Made by a program: the position numbers and the translations under genes. Shown in pieces: positions 56,236 to 64,000 of a stretch of DNA of 64,000 bases. The notes beneath the pieces were generated by a model. The model searched no databases. It saw only the letters and a list, made by a program, of their open reading frames with translations, and was not told the origin of the DNA. This stretch comes from an uncultured bacterium (GTDB taxonomy: Bacteria; Bipolaricaulota; Bipolaricaulia; RBG-16-55-9; DRJF01), in contig CAJXGD010000003.1 of NCBI GenBank assembly GCA_913053845.1, forward strand, positions 16,820 through 80,819. The letters run 5' to 3'. Each line of letters begins with the position of its first letter. Position 1 is the first letter of the stretch.

Positions 56236-56259
56236 ACCCCCTAATACAAAATCGAGGAG

Positions 56260-57339
56260 ATGTTGCTCATGTTGCAACGCACACTGGCCGCAGCACTCGC
56301 TCTGGCGCTGGGGCTCTCGCTGCTCGGCGGCTGGGTCGGCCCCGCGGCGCCGGCTCAAGCTCAAAAAACTCAGGACACGCTGGTAGTCTACACCTACAGC
56401 AGCTTCGTCTCCTACGGGGCGGCTCAGGCGGTCGCCCAAGCCTTCAAGGCCCAGACCGGTGCCCAGGTCCGGTTCGTGGCCACCGGGGACAGCCGCATCA
56501 TGCTGGCCAAGCTGATCACCGAACGTGATGTCACCGGCCACCCACCCGCCGATGCCTTCATCGGCGTCGAGGTTAATGACCTAGGAACCGCCGAAAAACA
56601 CGATGTCTTTGTGCCCTTGAGCGCCAAGGACATCCCCAATCTGGCCGACGTCCCTCCGGAAATCCAGTTCGATCCGACCGGCAAACTTATCCCCTACGAG
56701 CATGGGTTCATTACCCTGGTCTACGATAGCCGCAAGCTGAGCGCCGCCCAGGTGCCTCATACCTTCAAGGAGCTGCTCGATCCCAAGTTTCGCAAGCAGC
56801 TCATCCTCGAGGACCCCCGCACCTCCAGCCCGGGCTTGTCCTTCTTGCTCTGGACCATCGCCCAATTCGGCGACCCCAGCTATCTCGATTATTGGAAGCA
56901 GTTGATGCCCAATATCCTGACCATCACCCAGAGCTGGGATGCGGCCTTCGATCTCTTCTCCAAGGGCGAGGCGCCGCTGATGGTCAGCTTCTCTACCGAT
57001 CACGCCTACGACGTCATCGTCAACAAGAGCGACCGCATCCGGGTGCTGACCCTGAACGGCGAGGGCTATCGCACGATCTTCGGCATGGGCGTGGTCAAGG
57101 GGGCTACGCATCCCCAGTTGGCCAAGGAGTTGCTCAATATCGTGCTCTCACCTGAGGTGCAAAGCCAACTGCCCGAGACCGAGTGGATGTTTCCGGCCAA
57201 CCTCAACGCGACGGCCCGGCCGATCTGGTGGCAGAACGCCGTAGTGCCCAGCCGGCCGGTCGAGCTGCCCGCGGCACAGGTCTCGGCCAATCTGAAGCGT
57301 TGGATCGCTCAATGGGTCAAGACGGTTCTCGGCAGCTAA
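56260..57339 (+). CDS. thiB: thiamine ABC transporter substrate-binding protein
   Basis: Signal peptide and ThiB/TbpA-like periplasmic binding fold. Directly downstream of the TPP riboswitch. Likely start is the ATG at 56269. Confidence 0.8.
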   Translation: MLLMLQRTLAAALALALGLSLLGGWVGPAAPAQAQKTQDTLVVYTYSSFVSYGAAQAVAQAFKAQTGAQVRFVATGDSRIMLAKLITERDVTGHPPADAFIGVEVNDLGTAEKHDVFVPLSAKDIPNLADVPPEIQFDPTGKLIPYEHGFITLVYDSRKLSAAQVPHTFKELLDPKFRKQLILEDPRTSSPGLSFLLWTIAQFGDPSYLDYWKQLMPNILTITQSWDAAFDLFSKGEAPLMVSFSTDHAYDVIVNKSDRIRVLTLNGEGYRTIFGMGVVKGATHPQLAKELLNIVLSPEVQSQLPETEWMFPANLNATARPIWWQNAVVPSRPVELPAAQVSANLKRWIAQWVKTVLGS

Positions 57340-59018
57340 CACCCCTGCTACGAAGGGCAGGCAGGGTGACACTGATCGCCCTGCCGCTGCTTTTCCTGGG
57401 CCTCTTTTTCTATTATCCCCTGGCCGGACTGGTCCAGTCTGGCCTCTCCAGCAATACCGGCTTCACCCTGGAGCGGCTGACCCGGATATTCTCCGATAGC
57501 TACTTGCGCCACGTGCTGCTCTTCACCGTCGAGGAGGCGTTGCTCAGCACCTTGGCCTCGGTGGCGCTGGGTTTGCCCTTGGCCTACCTGCTTACCGCCT
57601 ATGACTTCCCCGGCAAGCGCTGGATCAAATCCTTGACCATCGTGCCCTTCGCCCTGCCGGCTATCACCGTAGCCTTGGGCTTTATTCTGGTCTTTGGCAA
57701 CAACGGCGCGCTCAATCGCGGGCTGATGGCCCTCTTTCACCTCTCAAGCCCACCCTTGGCAATTCTCTATTCGCTGCAAGGCATCGTCTTGGCCCATGCC
57801 TTCTATAATGCGCCGATAGTCACCCGCTTTGTGGCCGCCGCTTGGGAGCGACTCTCGCCCCGCTACGAGGAGAGTGCCCGTGCCTTGGGGGCCCCGCGCT
57901 GGCGGGTTTTTTTAAATATTACCTTGCCGATGCTCATGCCGGCCCTGGCCTCCGGGGCGGCGCTGGCCTTCATCTATTCGTTCCTGAGTTTCCCCATCGT
58001 GCTGGCGCTGGGCGGGGCGCGTTTTTCCACCATCGAAGTGGAGATCTATCGCCGGGCGATCATCCAGATTAATTACAGCGGCGCGGCGGCCCTGGCTACG
58101 CTGGAATTATTGATCGCCCTGCTCTTCACCCTGGGCTATCTGAGACTAGCAGCTCGGTATGCCCGTCATCTGCAGTTGGCCACTCCTCGACCTACGCGCT
58201 CTTTACTAACCGGGCCGGCCGGCCCCCGGCGCTGGCTGATATATGCATTTATAGCCGCTTCCGCACTGCTCTTCGTCGCTCCTATCGCCGCCGTGCTGCT
58301 GGACTCCTTCTCCCGCACCTGGCAGGATCAGACGGTTTTCACTCTAGATTGGTACCTGGCCATTTTTCGTCCCACCTATTCCTCGCTGATCGCCGCCTCG
58401 CCCTTGCAGTCCATCTGGAACAGCCTCTCCTTCGCCGGTGCCAGCATGGTGATCGCCCTCACGCTGGGAACCGGACTGGCACTCAACTTGACCCGTCGGC
58501 GCTTTGTGGGCCGAAGTTTATTAGAACTCCTGGTCATGGCCCCCTTGGGCATCTCCTCGGTCGCCCTGGGCCTGGCGCTCTTGCGGACTTTCGTGCGGCC
58601 ACCGCTGGCGCTCAGTGGACACTGGATCGCGATCGTCATCGCCCACAGCATTCTGGCCATCCCCTTTGTCATCCGCGCCGTGCGCCCGGCACTGGAGCGC
58701 TTAGCTCCCCGGCTCAGCGAGGCGGCTCACGCGCTGGGGGCCTCTCCCGCCCGGACGACCTGGGAGATCGTGCTGCCGCTGATCCGCCCTGGTTTATTAA
58801 CCGGAGCTGTCTTCGCTTTCGCCATCAGCATCGCAGAGATGAGTGCGACAATCATGCTCACCAGGCCGGGCTTGCTCACCATGCCGGTGGCCGTCTATCG
58901 CTTCCTGGCCACCAGGCAGTTCGGCGCGGCCTCAGCGATGAGCGTGTTGCTCATCGCGGTGATCGCCCTGGCCTTCGTCCTAATCGAGCGCTCTGGCGAG
59001 CGGGCATTGCGAGGGTAA
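57312..59018 (+). CDS. thiP: thiamine ABC transporter permease (fused two-domain ThiP type)
   Basis: Two tandem 6-TM ABC permease domains with EAA-like loops. Start is uncertain: the ATG at 57312 overlaps thiB, alternatively a GTG at 57366. Confidence 0.75.
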   Translation: MGQDGSRQLTPLLRRAGRVTLIALPLLFLGLFFYYPLAGLVQSGLSSNTGFTLERLTRIFSDSYLRHVLLFTVEEALLSTLASVALGLPLAYLLTAYDFPGKRWIKSLTIVPFALPAITVALGFILVFGNNGALNRGLMALFHLSSPPLAILYSLQGIVLAHAFYNAPIVTRFVAAAWERLSPRYEESARALGAPRWRVFLNITLPMLMPALASGAALAFIYSFLSFPIVLALGGARFSTIEVEIYRRAIIQINYSGAAALATLELLIALLFTLGYLRLAARYARHLQLATPRPTRSLLTGPAGPRRWLIYAFIAASALLFVAPIAAVLLDSFSRTWQDQTVFTLDWYLAIFRPTYSSLIAASPLQSIWNSLSFAGASMVIALTLGTGLALNLTRRRFVGRSLLELLVMAPLGISSVALGLALLRTFVRPPLALSGHWIAIVIAHSILAIPFVIRAVRPALERLAPRLSEAAHALGASPARTTWEIVLPLIRPGLLTGAVFAFAISIAEMSATIMLTRPGLLTMPVAVYRFLATRQFGAASAMSVLLIAVIALAFVLIERSGERALRG

Positions 59019-59029
59019 GCTATATCAGC

Positions 59030-60118
59030 ATGAGTTGCATAGAATTACAAGATTTGTATAAGCGCTTTGGCTCCGTTCAGGCGGTGGCCGGCGTATCGCT
59101 GGCGGTTCGTGAGGGCGAGCTGCTGGCGCTGGTCGGACCCTCAGGCTGCGGCAAGACTACCTTGCTGCGCCTGATCGCTGGCTTCGAGCGGCCCGACTCC
59201 GGGGAGATCCTGTTCGGCGGTCGCAGCATCCTCGGCCAAGAACCGCAGCAGCGGCGAGTGGGAATCGTCTTTCAAGATTACGCCCTCTTCCCGCACATGA
59301 GCGTGCGAGAGAACATCGCTTATGGGCTGAAGTTCGTCCCGCTCACCCGCCGCGAGCGGGTGGCCCGCGTCGCACAACTCCTGCACTTGATGGGACTGAG
59401 CGGCCTGGAGCGGCGGGCTCCGGAGGAGCTTTCTGCCGGACAACAGCAACGAGTGGCCCTGGCGCGCGCCCTGGCCCCTCGTCCGCGCATCCTGCTGCTC
59501 GATGAGCCCTTGAGCGCCCTCGACGCCCAGCTACGTGAGACGCTGCGCTTGGAGATCAAACGGCTGCAAGGTGAGCTGGGGGTCACCACCGTGCATGTGA
59601 CCCACGATCAAGAAGAGGCGTTGGCCATCGCCGACCGAGTGGCGGTGATGCAGGCCGGCCGGCTGGAACAGTTATCGTCGCCGCAGGAGCTCTATCATCG
59701 CCCGCAGACCGAGTTCGTGGCCCGCTTCATCGGGCGGGGGAATCTGCTGCCAGGCACCGTGGTCCAAAGCGAGCCGGATCAACTGATCGTCCGTTTGGAG
59801 GGAGCAACGCGGACCCTGGTGCAAGTAAGCACAGGAGATGCTACCTCAGCTTTGCCGCCGGTAGGCGCAGCGGTCCGGCTGCTGCTGCGTCCGGAGCGGA
59901 TCTCTCTGGGGGATGACCGGGCCAATCGTCTGGAATGTCAGGTTGAAAGCTTGGAGTTCTTGGGTGAAATCTCCCGGCTGCACCTACGCTGCGGTGCTCA
60001 GGAGCTTATCGCGCAACTGCCCTCGGGGGCGACCGAGCACTGGCAGCAACATATTGGCCGGCGGATCACACTGAGCTTCGATCCGCAGGACGTTTGGCCG
60101 CTGCCGCCGAGTTCGTGA
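59030..60118 (+). CDS. thiQ: thiamine ABC transporter ATP-binding protein
   Basis: 'GPSGCGKTT' Walker A, 'LSAGQQQRVALARAL' signature, 'LLLDEP' Walker B, plus a C-terminal TOBE-like domain. Confidence 0.8.
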   Translation: MSCIELQDLYKRFGSVQAVAGVSLAVREGELLALVGPSGCGKTTLLRLIAGFERPDSGEILFGGRSILGQEPQQRRVGIVFQDYALFPHMSVRENIAYGLKFVPLTRRERVARVAQLLHLMGLSGLERRAPEELSAGQQQRVALARALAPRPRILLLDEPLSALDAQLRETLRLEIKRLQGELGVTTVHVTHDQEEALAIADRVAVMQAGRLEQLSSPQELYHRPQTEFVARFIGRGNLLPGTVVQSEPDQLIVRLEGATRTLVQVSTGDATSALPPVGAAVRLLLRPERISLGDDRANRLECQVESLEFLGEISRLHLRCGAQELIAQLPSGATEHWQQHIGRRITLSFDPQDVWPLPPSS

Positions 60119-60128
60119 GCCGGCCTGC

Positions 60129-61115
60129 TTAATTCGTGCGCAACTTGCCGACTAGAGCAAGCAGTCCGTCTATGCGCTTAGGGGTCGCTTGCAGACAAGC
60201 TATCTTGCTCCCATCGGTCACAAAGAGCGTAAAAGGAGTATCAGGGATCAAGCGGACCTGTTGCACCCCAGCTCCGATGATAAAGCCGATCTGGCGTCGT
60301 ACTTTGCTGGCAGAGATAAACTGCACCGCAGCCCCAAACGACCGCACCGACAGACTGCTGGGCGGGACTATGGCGAGAGCAAAGAGCTGCTTGCCTGAGC
60401 CATCTGTGACCTTGAGTATCGAGGCCGGTTGACTCAGCGGCAGGTTAATATCGCGCTCTTGAGGCAAATTCTGTAGACAAGCAGGTACAAGCGGTGCCGG
60501 AGGTTCTGGCTGCGGCGGGGTCGGCTGGGGAGAGGCCGGAGCCGGCAAAGCCAAGGCCGAAAGCAATATCTGAAAGATGGCCAATGGGGAGAAAAGGGGG
60601 AATAATATGGGAATAATCAGTGTCTGCTCATCTCCGGGCACGACCACAAAAGCTCCGGTTTTCCCGCTCTGCAAGTCTATCAAAGCCATGTCCAGAGAAC
60701 CGACGAAGAGCACCAGGCCATAATTGCCGGCGAACTCCTGCCCGCCGAGCTTAGCGCCTGCTGGGATGGTGATCGTCCCATAGACCAGTGAGGGCTTTTG
60801 GCCGGTCAGCAGAGTCAGGAGGGCCGTCGCATCGGTGAATAACACTCCTTTGACGCCATTACTGGCGCTGAGCTGTCCGATGCTCTTGTGTTTCTTGAAC
60901 TCCCGGGCCCAAGCCGCACTGCTCAGGTGGCTCTTTTGCTGCAACCGGTCTTGCAGGGCGGCAAAACCCTCAGCACTAGGAAAGACGACCTGAATAGCCG
61001 ACTGCGCAATGGGAGCTTGCTGGGCTTGTACGAAGGGTGCGGAGCTGGGCGCTAGGGTCGAGCCGAGCAGCCAGAGTAGCACTGCTAGCGCAAGGGCAGT
61101 GCGACGGATGTGCAT
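60129..61115 (-). CDS. hypothetical secreted protein with Pro-rich linker
   Basis: Signal peptide 'MHIRRTALALAVLLWLLGSTLAPSSA'. Internal 'PAPASPQPTPPQPEPPAPLVP' linker. Start at 61115 avoids overlap with the tRNA. Confidence 0.5.
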   Translation of the reverse strand: MHIRRTALALAVLLWLLGSTLAPSSAPFVQAQQAPIAQSAIQVVFPSAEGFAALQDRLQQKSHLSSAAWAREFKKHKSIGQLSASNGVKGVLFTDATALLTLLTGQKPSLVYGTITIPAGAKLGGQEFAGNYGLVLFVGSLDMALIDLQSGKTGAFVVVPGDEQTLIIPILFPLFSPLAIFQILLSALALPAPASPQPTPPQPEPPAPLVPACLQNLPQERDINLPLSQPASILKVTDGSGKQLFALAIVPPSSLSVRSFGAAVQFISASKVRRQIGFIIGAGVQQVRLIPDTPFTLFVTDGSKIACLQATPKRIDGLLALVGKLRTN

Positions 61116-61140
61116 AATGGCCTCCTCCTTGGCAGAATGG

Positions 61141-61228
61141 GGTGCCGGGGGTGGGATTCGAACCCACACGGGGCGCTAACCCCACGGGATTTTAAGTCCC
61201 GCGCGTAAACCAGTTTCGCCACCCCGGC
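61141..61228 (-). tRNA. tRNA-Leu (anticodon UAA)
   Basis: Reverse complement folds as GCCGGGG acceptor / anticodon stem-loop CGGGA-CUUAAAA-UCCCG (UAA) / long variable arm / GTGGG-TTCGAAT-CCCAC T-arm. Confidence 0.8.
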
Positions 61229-61683
61229 CGGGGTTCGTCCTCTTTGCCTGCTCCATCCGTTCACGCTAGTACGCCTGTTCACCCTAGTTTACACCTCCTT
61301 CTTGAGAGCTGCAACTTACTTTAGCGCGACCACGGAGACTCTAGTCAAGTCGGTGGCCCTCGCCCTAGAGCAGGCCCGGATTTTAGTTAACTATAGTTAT
61401 TGACAAGCGGAACCTAACATATCTGGAACACGCCGTTGAAACACTTCCTAAGTCCGCTTGGCCGACGAAGCCACAAATTCCCTAAAAGAGCGAACTAACG
61501 CCGCACGCTCTTCCCAAAAGGTGTTGTAGGACAGCGTCTCCTTCGCTCAGCGGATCCATTGGCAAAGACTATATATATGCCTCATACGTTGAAGCGCCAC
61601 CGCCGTTTCTCTTCTTTTGCTCTCGCGCGTTCGGCCAACGAACGGTGAAGTGTCATGAGCTTACCACTGTATTCACGATTACT

Positions 61684-61710
61684 TGATATTCCCTCCAGTT
61701 ATTGTATACT
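61684..61710 (+). promoter_or_regulatory. candidate promoter TTGATA-15nt-TGTATACT upstream of the Panacea-domain gene
   Basis: Seen in sequence. The spacer is short (15 nt), so this is tentative. RBS AGGGGTGA precedes the ATG at 61772. Confidence 0.3.
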
Positions 61711-61771
61711 CAGCTCGAGAGGCAAAGATATGTTTATGGCAGCTTGCATCGGACTATAGGGGTGACTGCAA

Positions 61772-62329
61772 ATGAAGTTTCACTACTCAACGCGCAAGAT
61801 CATCCAGGCAGCGGGTGTTCTCCTTCGGTTTGAATCGACTCATGCAATGGATTACTTCCGCCTCTTGAAGTTACTCTATATCGCCGATCGTGAAAGCTTG
61901 AAGGAAACAGGGCGTCCGATCATCGGCCAAACACCGGTGGCTATGAAGTATGGCCCTCTGCACAGCGAGGTCTACGATCTGATCAAGGGACAACACATAG
62001 ACGAGCCTCAGTGGGCAAAATTCTTTCAGACGGACGGGTATCGGATCGAGCTGAAAGAACAGCCAGGGATCGACACCTTGTCTCGCTATGAAATCCGGAA
62101 ACTGAATGAGGTGTCCCAGCGTTATGCAAACTTGGGGGACTGGGAACTTGCCAATCTGACTCACGATTTCCCGGAGTGGAAGGGGCGGGTTGTGCCGGGG
62201 ACATCTCAACCGATTCCCTTGGAAGATATTCTTGAGGCGGTGGGGCGCGCCGAAGACATCGAAGAGATCCTTCAAGATGCGAAGGAAAAGGCCATTTATG
62301 ACCGTTTCTTTGCAGGTGCGCCCGGTTGA
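61772..62329 (+). CDS. Panacea-domain (DUF4065, SocA/GepA-like) antitoxin-type protein
   Basis: 'YFRLLKLLYIADRESLKETGRPIIGQTPVAMKYGPLHSEVYDLIKG' matches the DUF4065 core (KLLY...GP.....VY). 185 aa, in a lower-GC islet next to a tRNA. Confidence 0.6.
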   Translation: MKFHYSTRKIIQAAGVLLRFESTHAMDYFRLLKLLYIADRESLKETGRPIIGQTPVAMKYGPLHSEVYDLIKGQHIDEPQWAKFFQTDGYRIELKEQPGIDTLSRYEIRKLNEVSQRYANLGDWELANLTHDFPEWKGRVVPGTSQPIPLEDILEAVGRAEDIEEILQDAKEKAIYDRFFAGAPG

Positions 62330-62630
62330 AGACTGGGGACACCTTCGTCTTTAAAGACAAGGCAGTGGACGAACAGCTAGGATTAACCCAGCAGCCTGTC
62401 CGCCGGTGATGCCTTGGCTGCGACCTCTCTGAGCGCCGGACTGCCGCCCCGTAGCTTGAGCCAGCGGCGCGATCGCCCGGCTACAGGCAACACGAAACCC
62501 CCGATCACTCCAAGAGCAACTCCGCCATATCTCCCCAACAATGACGCCGCGCTATTTAAAGACCCTCACGCGCGAAGAAGCACTGCAAGTCCAAAGAGAG
62601 TGTGGATTTATTGGAAATGGTGTCAAGTAC

Positions 62631-62660
62631 TTGACGTGGTGATTAGCATGGTGCTAAAAT
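62631..62660 (+). promoter_or_regulatory. sigma70-like promoter TTGACG-18nt-TGcTAAAAT (extended -10)
   Basis: Seen in sequence. Followed by RBS GGGAGGTG and the ATG at 62688. Confidence 0.5.
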
Positions 62661-62687
62661 AAAATGCTGGAGATCGGGAGGTGCACC

Positions 62688-63794
62688 ATGAGACCAACGG
62701 GCCGAACGCTGTGCTGCATGATCCTAGTTTTGGTTACAGTTGCCTTGGCCACTTACGCACAGTTTGGTGAGGCAGATACAGTAGTCACCAAACAAGGAAC
62801 AACGATAGAGGGGAAAGTTGTGGCTGGCTTCCCTTCCGTGATCACGATCCAGACCACAGGGGGAACGTTACAGATCAAACTCAATGATATTCAGTTGCTC
62901 AAACGTGCCTCACAGGACATAATCAAGACCAAAGATGGTAGCATTTATAAGGGGACAATTACATCGACATTTCCTGACACTCTCAAGATCCAGATCCAGG
63001 CCGGCGTGATGGACGTAAAGTGGGCTAGCGTCCAGTCAGTTGCTCTTAAGAAAGTTTCTGGAACTCCAGGAGCGTCAACTCCTCAAATGAGTAACCTTAT
63101 CGCTATCGTCGAGGCTAAGGATGGTTCGCAGGAGAAAGGTAAGATCGACGGGCTGCCTAATACCATTGAGGTTACAACCAGTGGGGGCACTGTGAGTCTA
63201 AGAATAGATGGCATCCAACAACTGATCTTCGGAGAGCCTGATACTGTCAAAACATGGGATGGCAGCGTCTTCAAAGGTAAGATTACGACAGAATTCCCAG
63301 ATACGCTCCAGTTAGAACAGTCAGTAGGAGTTCTGTCGATCAAGACGGCGAATATCGGAAGTATAACCCTGCAGCTCCCTAGTAGTAACACACCGACAGT
63401 TACACCTTTACCGAGTGTCACTGCCTTCAACCCCTGGCAAGCAAAATATGTGGTGCCTGAGGCTCTGGTTGGCACGTTCGGAGGCGCAATAGGAGGCATG
63501 ATAGGCATCGTATTCGGTCTAGTAGTAGGGTGTTCAACAGGCAATGATGTCCTGTGCCCAATATTCATAGCCATCGGTAATCTTCTGGGATCAACCCTGG
63601 GTGCAGTGTATGGAGTGCAGGAGATTGCCTCAATCTATCACGTTAAAGGGAACAAGACGCTCTCACGGTCACTAAGCTTTATGGGAGCCCTCCTATTGGG
63701 GCGTCTCGGTCCAGGCGGATATCTCATTGGAGCAGGCGCGGGAGCTACGATTGGTTATAACGTTAATGCCACGATTGAAGCAGAGAGTAGGTAG
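62688..63794 (+). CDS. secreted repeat protein (4 x ~50-aa repeats) with C-terminal glycine-zipper membrane anchor
   Basis: Signal peptide. Repeats of the type 'DTVKTWDGSVFKGKITTEFPDTLQLEQ...I'. C-terminus 'GGAIGGMIGIVFGLVVG...GAGAGATIGY' is glycine-zipper-like. Lower GC than the surroundings. Confidence 0.6.
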   Translation: MRPTGRTLCCMILVLVTVALATYAQFGEADTVVTKQGTTIEGKVVAGFPSVITIQTTGGTLQIKLNDIQLLKRASQDIIKTKDGSIYKGTITSTFPDTLKIQIQAGVMDVKWASVQSVALKKVSGTPGASTPQMSNLIAIVEAKDGSQEKGKIDGLPNTIEVTTSGGTVSLRIDGIQQLIFGEPDTVKTWDGSVFKGKITTEFPDTLQLEQSVGVLSIKTANIGSITLQLPSSNTPTVTPLPSVTAFNPWQAKYVVPEALVGTFGGAIGGMIGIVFGLVVGCSTGNDVLCPIFIAIGNLLGSTLGAVYGVQEIASIYHVKGNKTLSRSLSFMGALLLGRLGPGGYLIGAGAGATIGYNVNATIEAESR

Positions 63795-63838
63795 CAGTGT
63801 TAGAGCATCGCGGCAACCTTGGGAGGAGGAGGATAAGA

Positions 63839-64000
63839 GTGAGAATCTCAGCAGCCATCTTATTCGTTACCGCTGTTCTCTGCCTGTTCATCTTCAATCA
63901 GGCCGCCTGGGCGGTCGAGGGAGTCGGTGCGGGTAGCACCTTCCAGTTCGGTGTCGGTGCGCGCGCGCTCGGCATGGGCGGCGCTTTCGTGGCCGTTGCC
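63839..64000 (+). CDS. partial ORF (runs off the window end): secreted protein with FadL/OmpP1- or UPF0164-like N-terminal motif
   Basis: Strong RBS GGGAGGAGGAGG, then GTG. Signal peptide '...NQAAWA', then 'GVGARALGMGGAFVAVA', which resembles the N-terminal motif of FadL-type/outer-membrane beta-barrels. Confidence 0.4.
   Translation, partial: MRISAAILFVTAVLCLFIFNQAAWAVEGVGAGSTFQFGVGARALGMGGAFVAVA

Noticed and set aside
58349-60118. 589-aa ORF merging the thiP 3' end (alternate frame) with the ATPase
   Set aside because: The N-terminal 227 aa are an out-of-frame read-through of thiP. The genuine ATPase starts at the ATG at 59030 ('MSCIELQDLYKRFG'), right after the thiP stop.
1-64000. CRISPR arrays, rRNA genes, integrase or transposase genes
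   Set aside because: No regularly spaced identical repeats with unique spacers were seen. No rRNA-like conserved blocks. No recombinase-like ORFs. The only RNA genes recognised are tRNA-Leu and the TPP riboswitch. Both islets lack a mobility gene within the window.

Overview
High-GC (~65%) chromosomal segment, probably from a Terrabacteria-type (Chloroflexi/Thermomicrobia-like) bacterium. The organism call rests on gene content only (yicC-remA-gmk arrangement, Uma2 endonuclease, Taq-type M32 carboxypeptidase, BMP-family transporter). Genes are densely packed and often translationally coupled, mostly on the minus strand.

Main blocks:
- tkt-MBL hydrolase-MFS operon (0.2-4.3 kb).
- ndk, dprA, deoC (7.9-10.2 kb).
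- Large nucleoside/pentose utilisation supercluster (9.5-21.8 kb): BMP-family substrate-binding protein plus two permeases on the plus strand; convergent minus-strand operon of ABC ATPase, BtpA/SgcQ, PfkB kinase, BtpA/SgcQ, DeoC-like aldolase, ribokinase and nucleoside hydrolase; then a pyrimidine-nucleoside phosphorylase.
- Secreted VWA-PKD protein; 2-oxoacid dehydrogenase E1beta-E2; pgsA; cell-envelope glycosyltransferases; CDF transporter; gmk-remA-yicC; proC; ABC-2 exporter.
- Shikimate operon (DAHP synthase-aroA-aroE-aroC).
- MMPL/RND transporter with a LolA-like partner.
- DUF2892 / ArsR-rhodanese / membrane protein operon.
- tpiA, M32 carboxypeptidase, SPFH protein, tryptophanase-family lyase, recO, tandem-TetR regulator, Uma2 endonuclease.
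- thiBPQ thiamine ABC transporter behind a clear TPP riboswitch.
- tRNA-Leu(UAA).

Accessory or anomalous spots:
1. 4.4-6.5 kb: lower-GC islet that truncates a ccdA-like gene. It carries two hicAB modules in opposite gene order, an uncharacterised membrane-anchored protein and four helically phased direct repeats.
2. 28.5-29.2 kb: a vapBC pair wedged between glycosyltransferase genes.
3. 61.2-63.8 kb: lower-GC islet next to tRNA-Leu, encoding an orphan Panacea (DUF4065) antitoxin-like protein and a 4-repeat surface protein with a glycine-zipper anchor.

Most novel-looking candidate: the duplicated BtpA/SgcQ - PfkB kinase - DeoC-like aldolase module embedded in the nucleoside catabolic operon (13.6-20.4 kb). 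It looks like an undescribed (deoxy)pentose-phosphate route that uses uncharacterised BtpA-family TIM-barrel enzymes. No CRISPR arrays, rRNA genes, or integrase/transposase genes were seen in the window.
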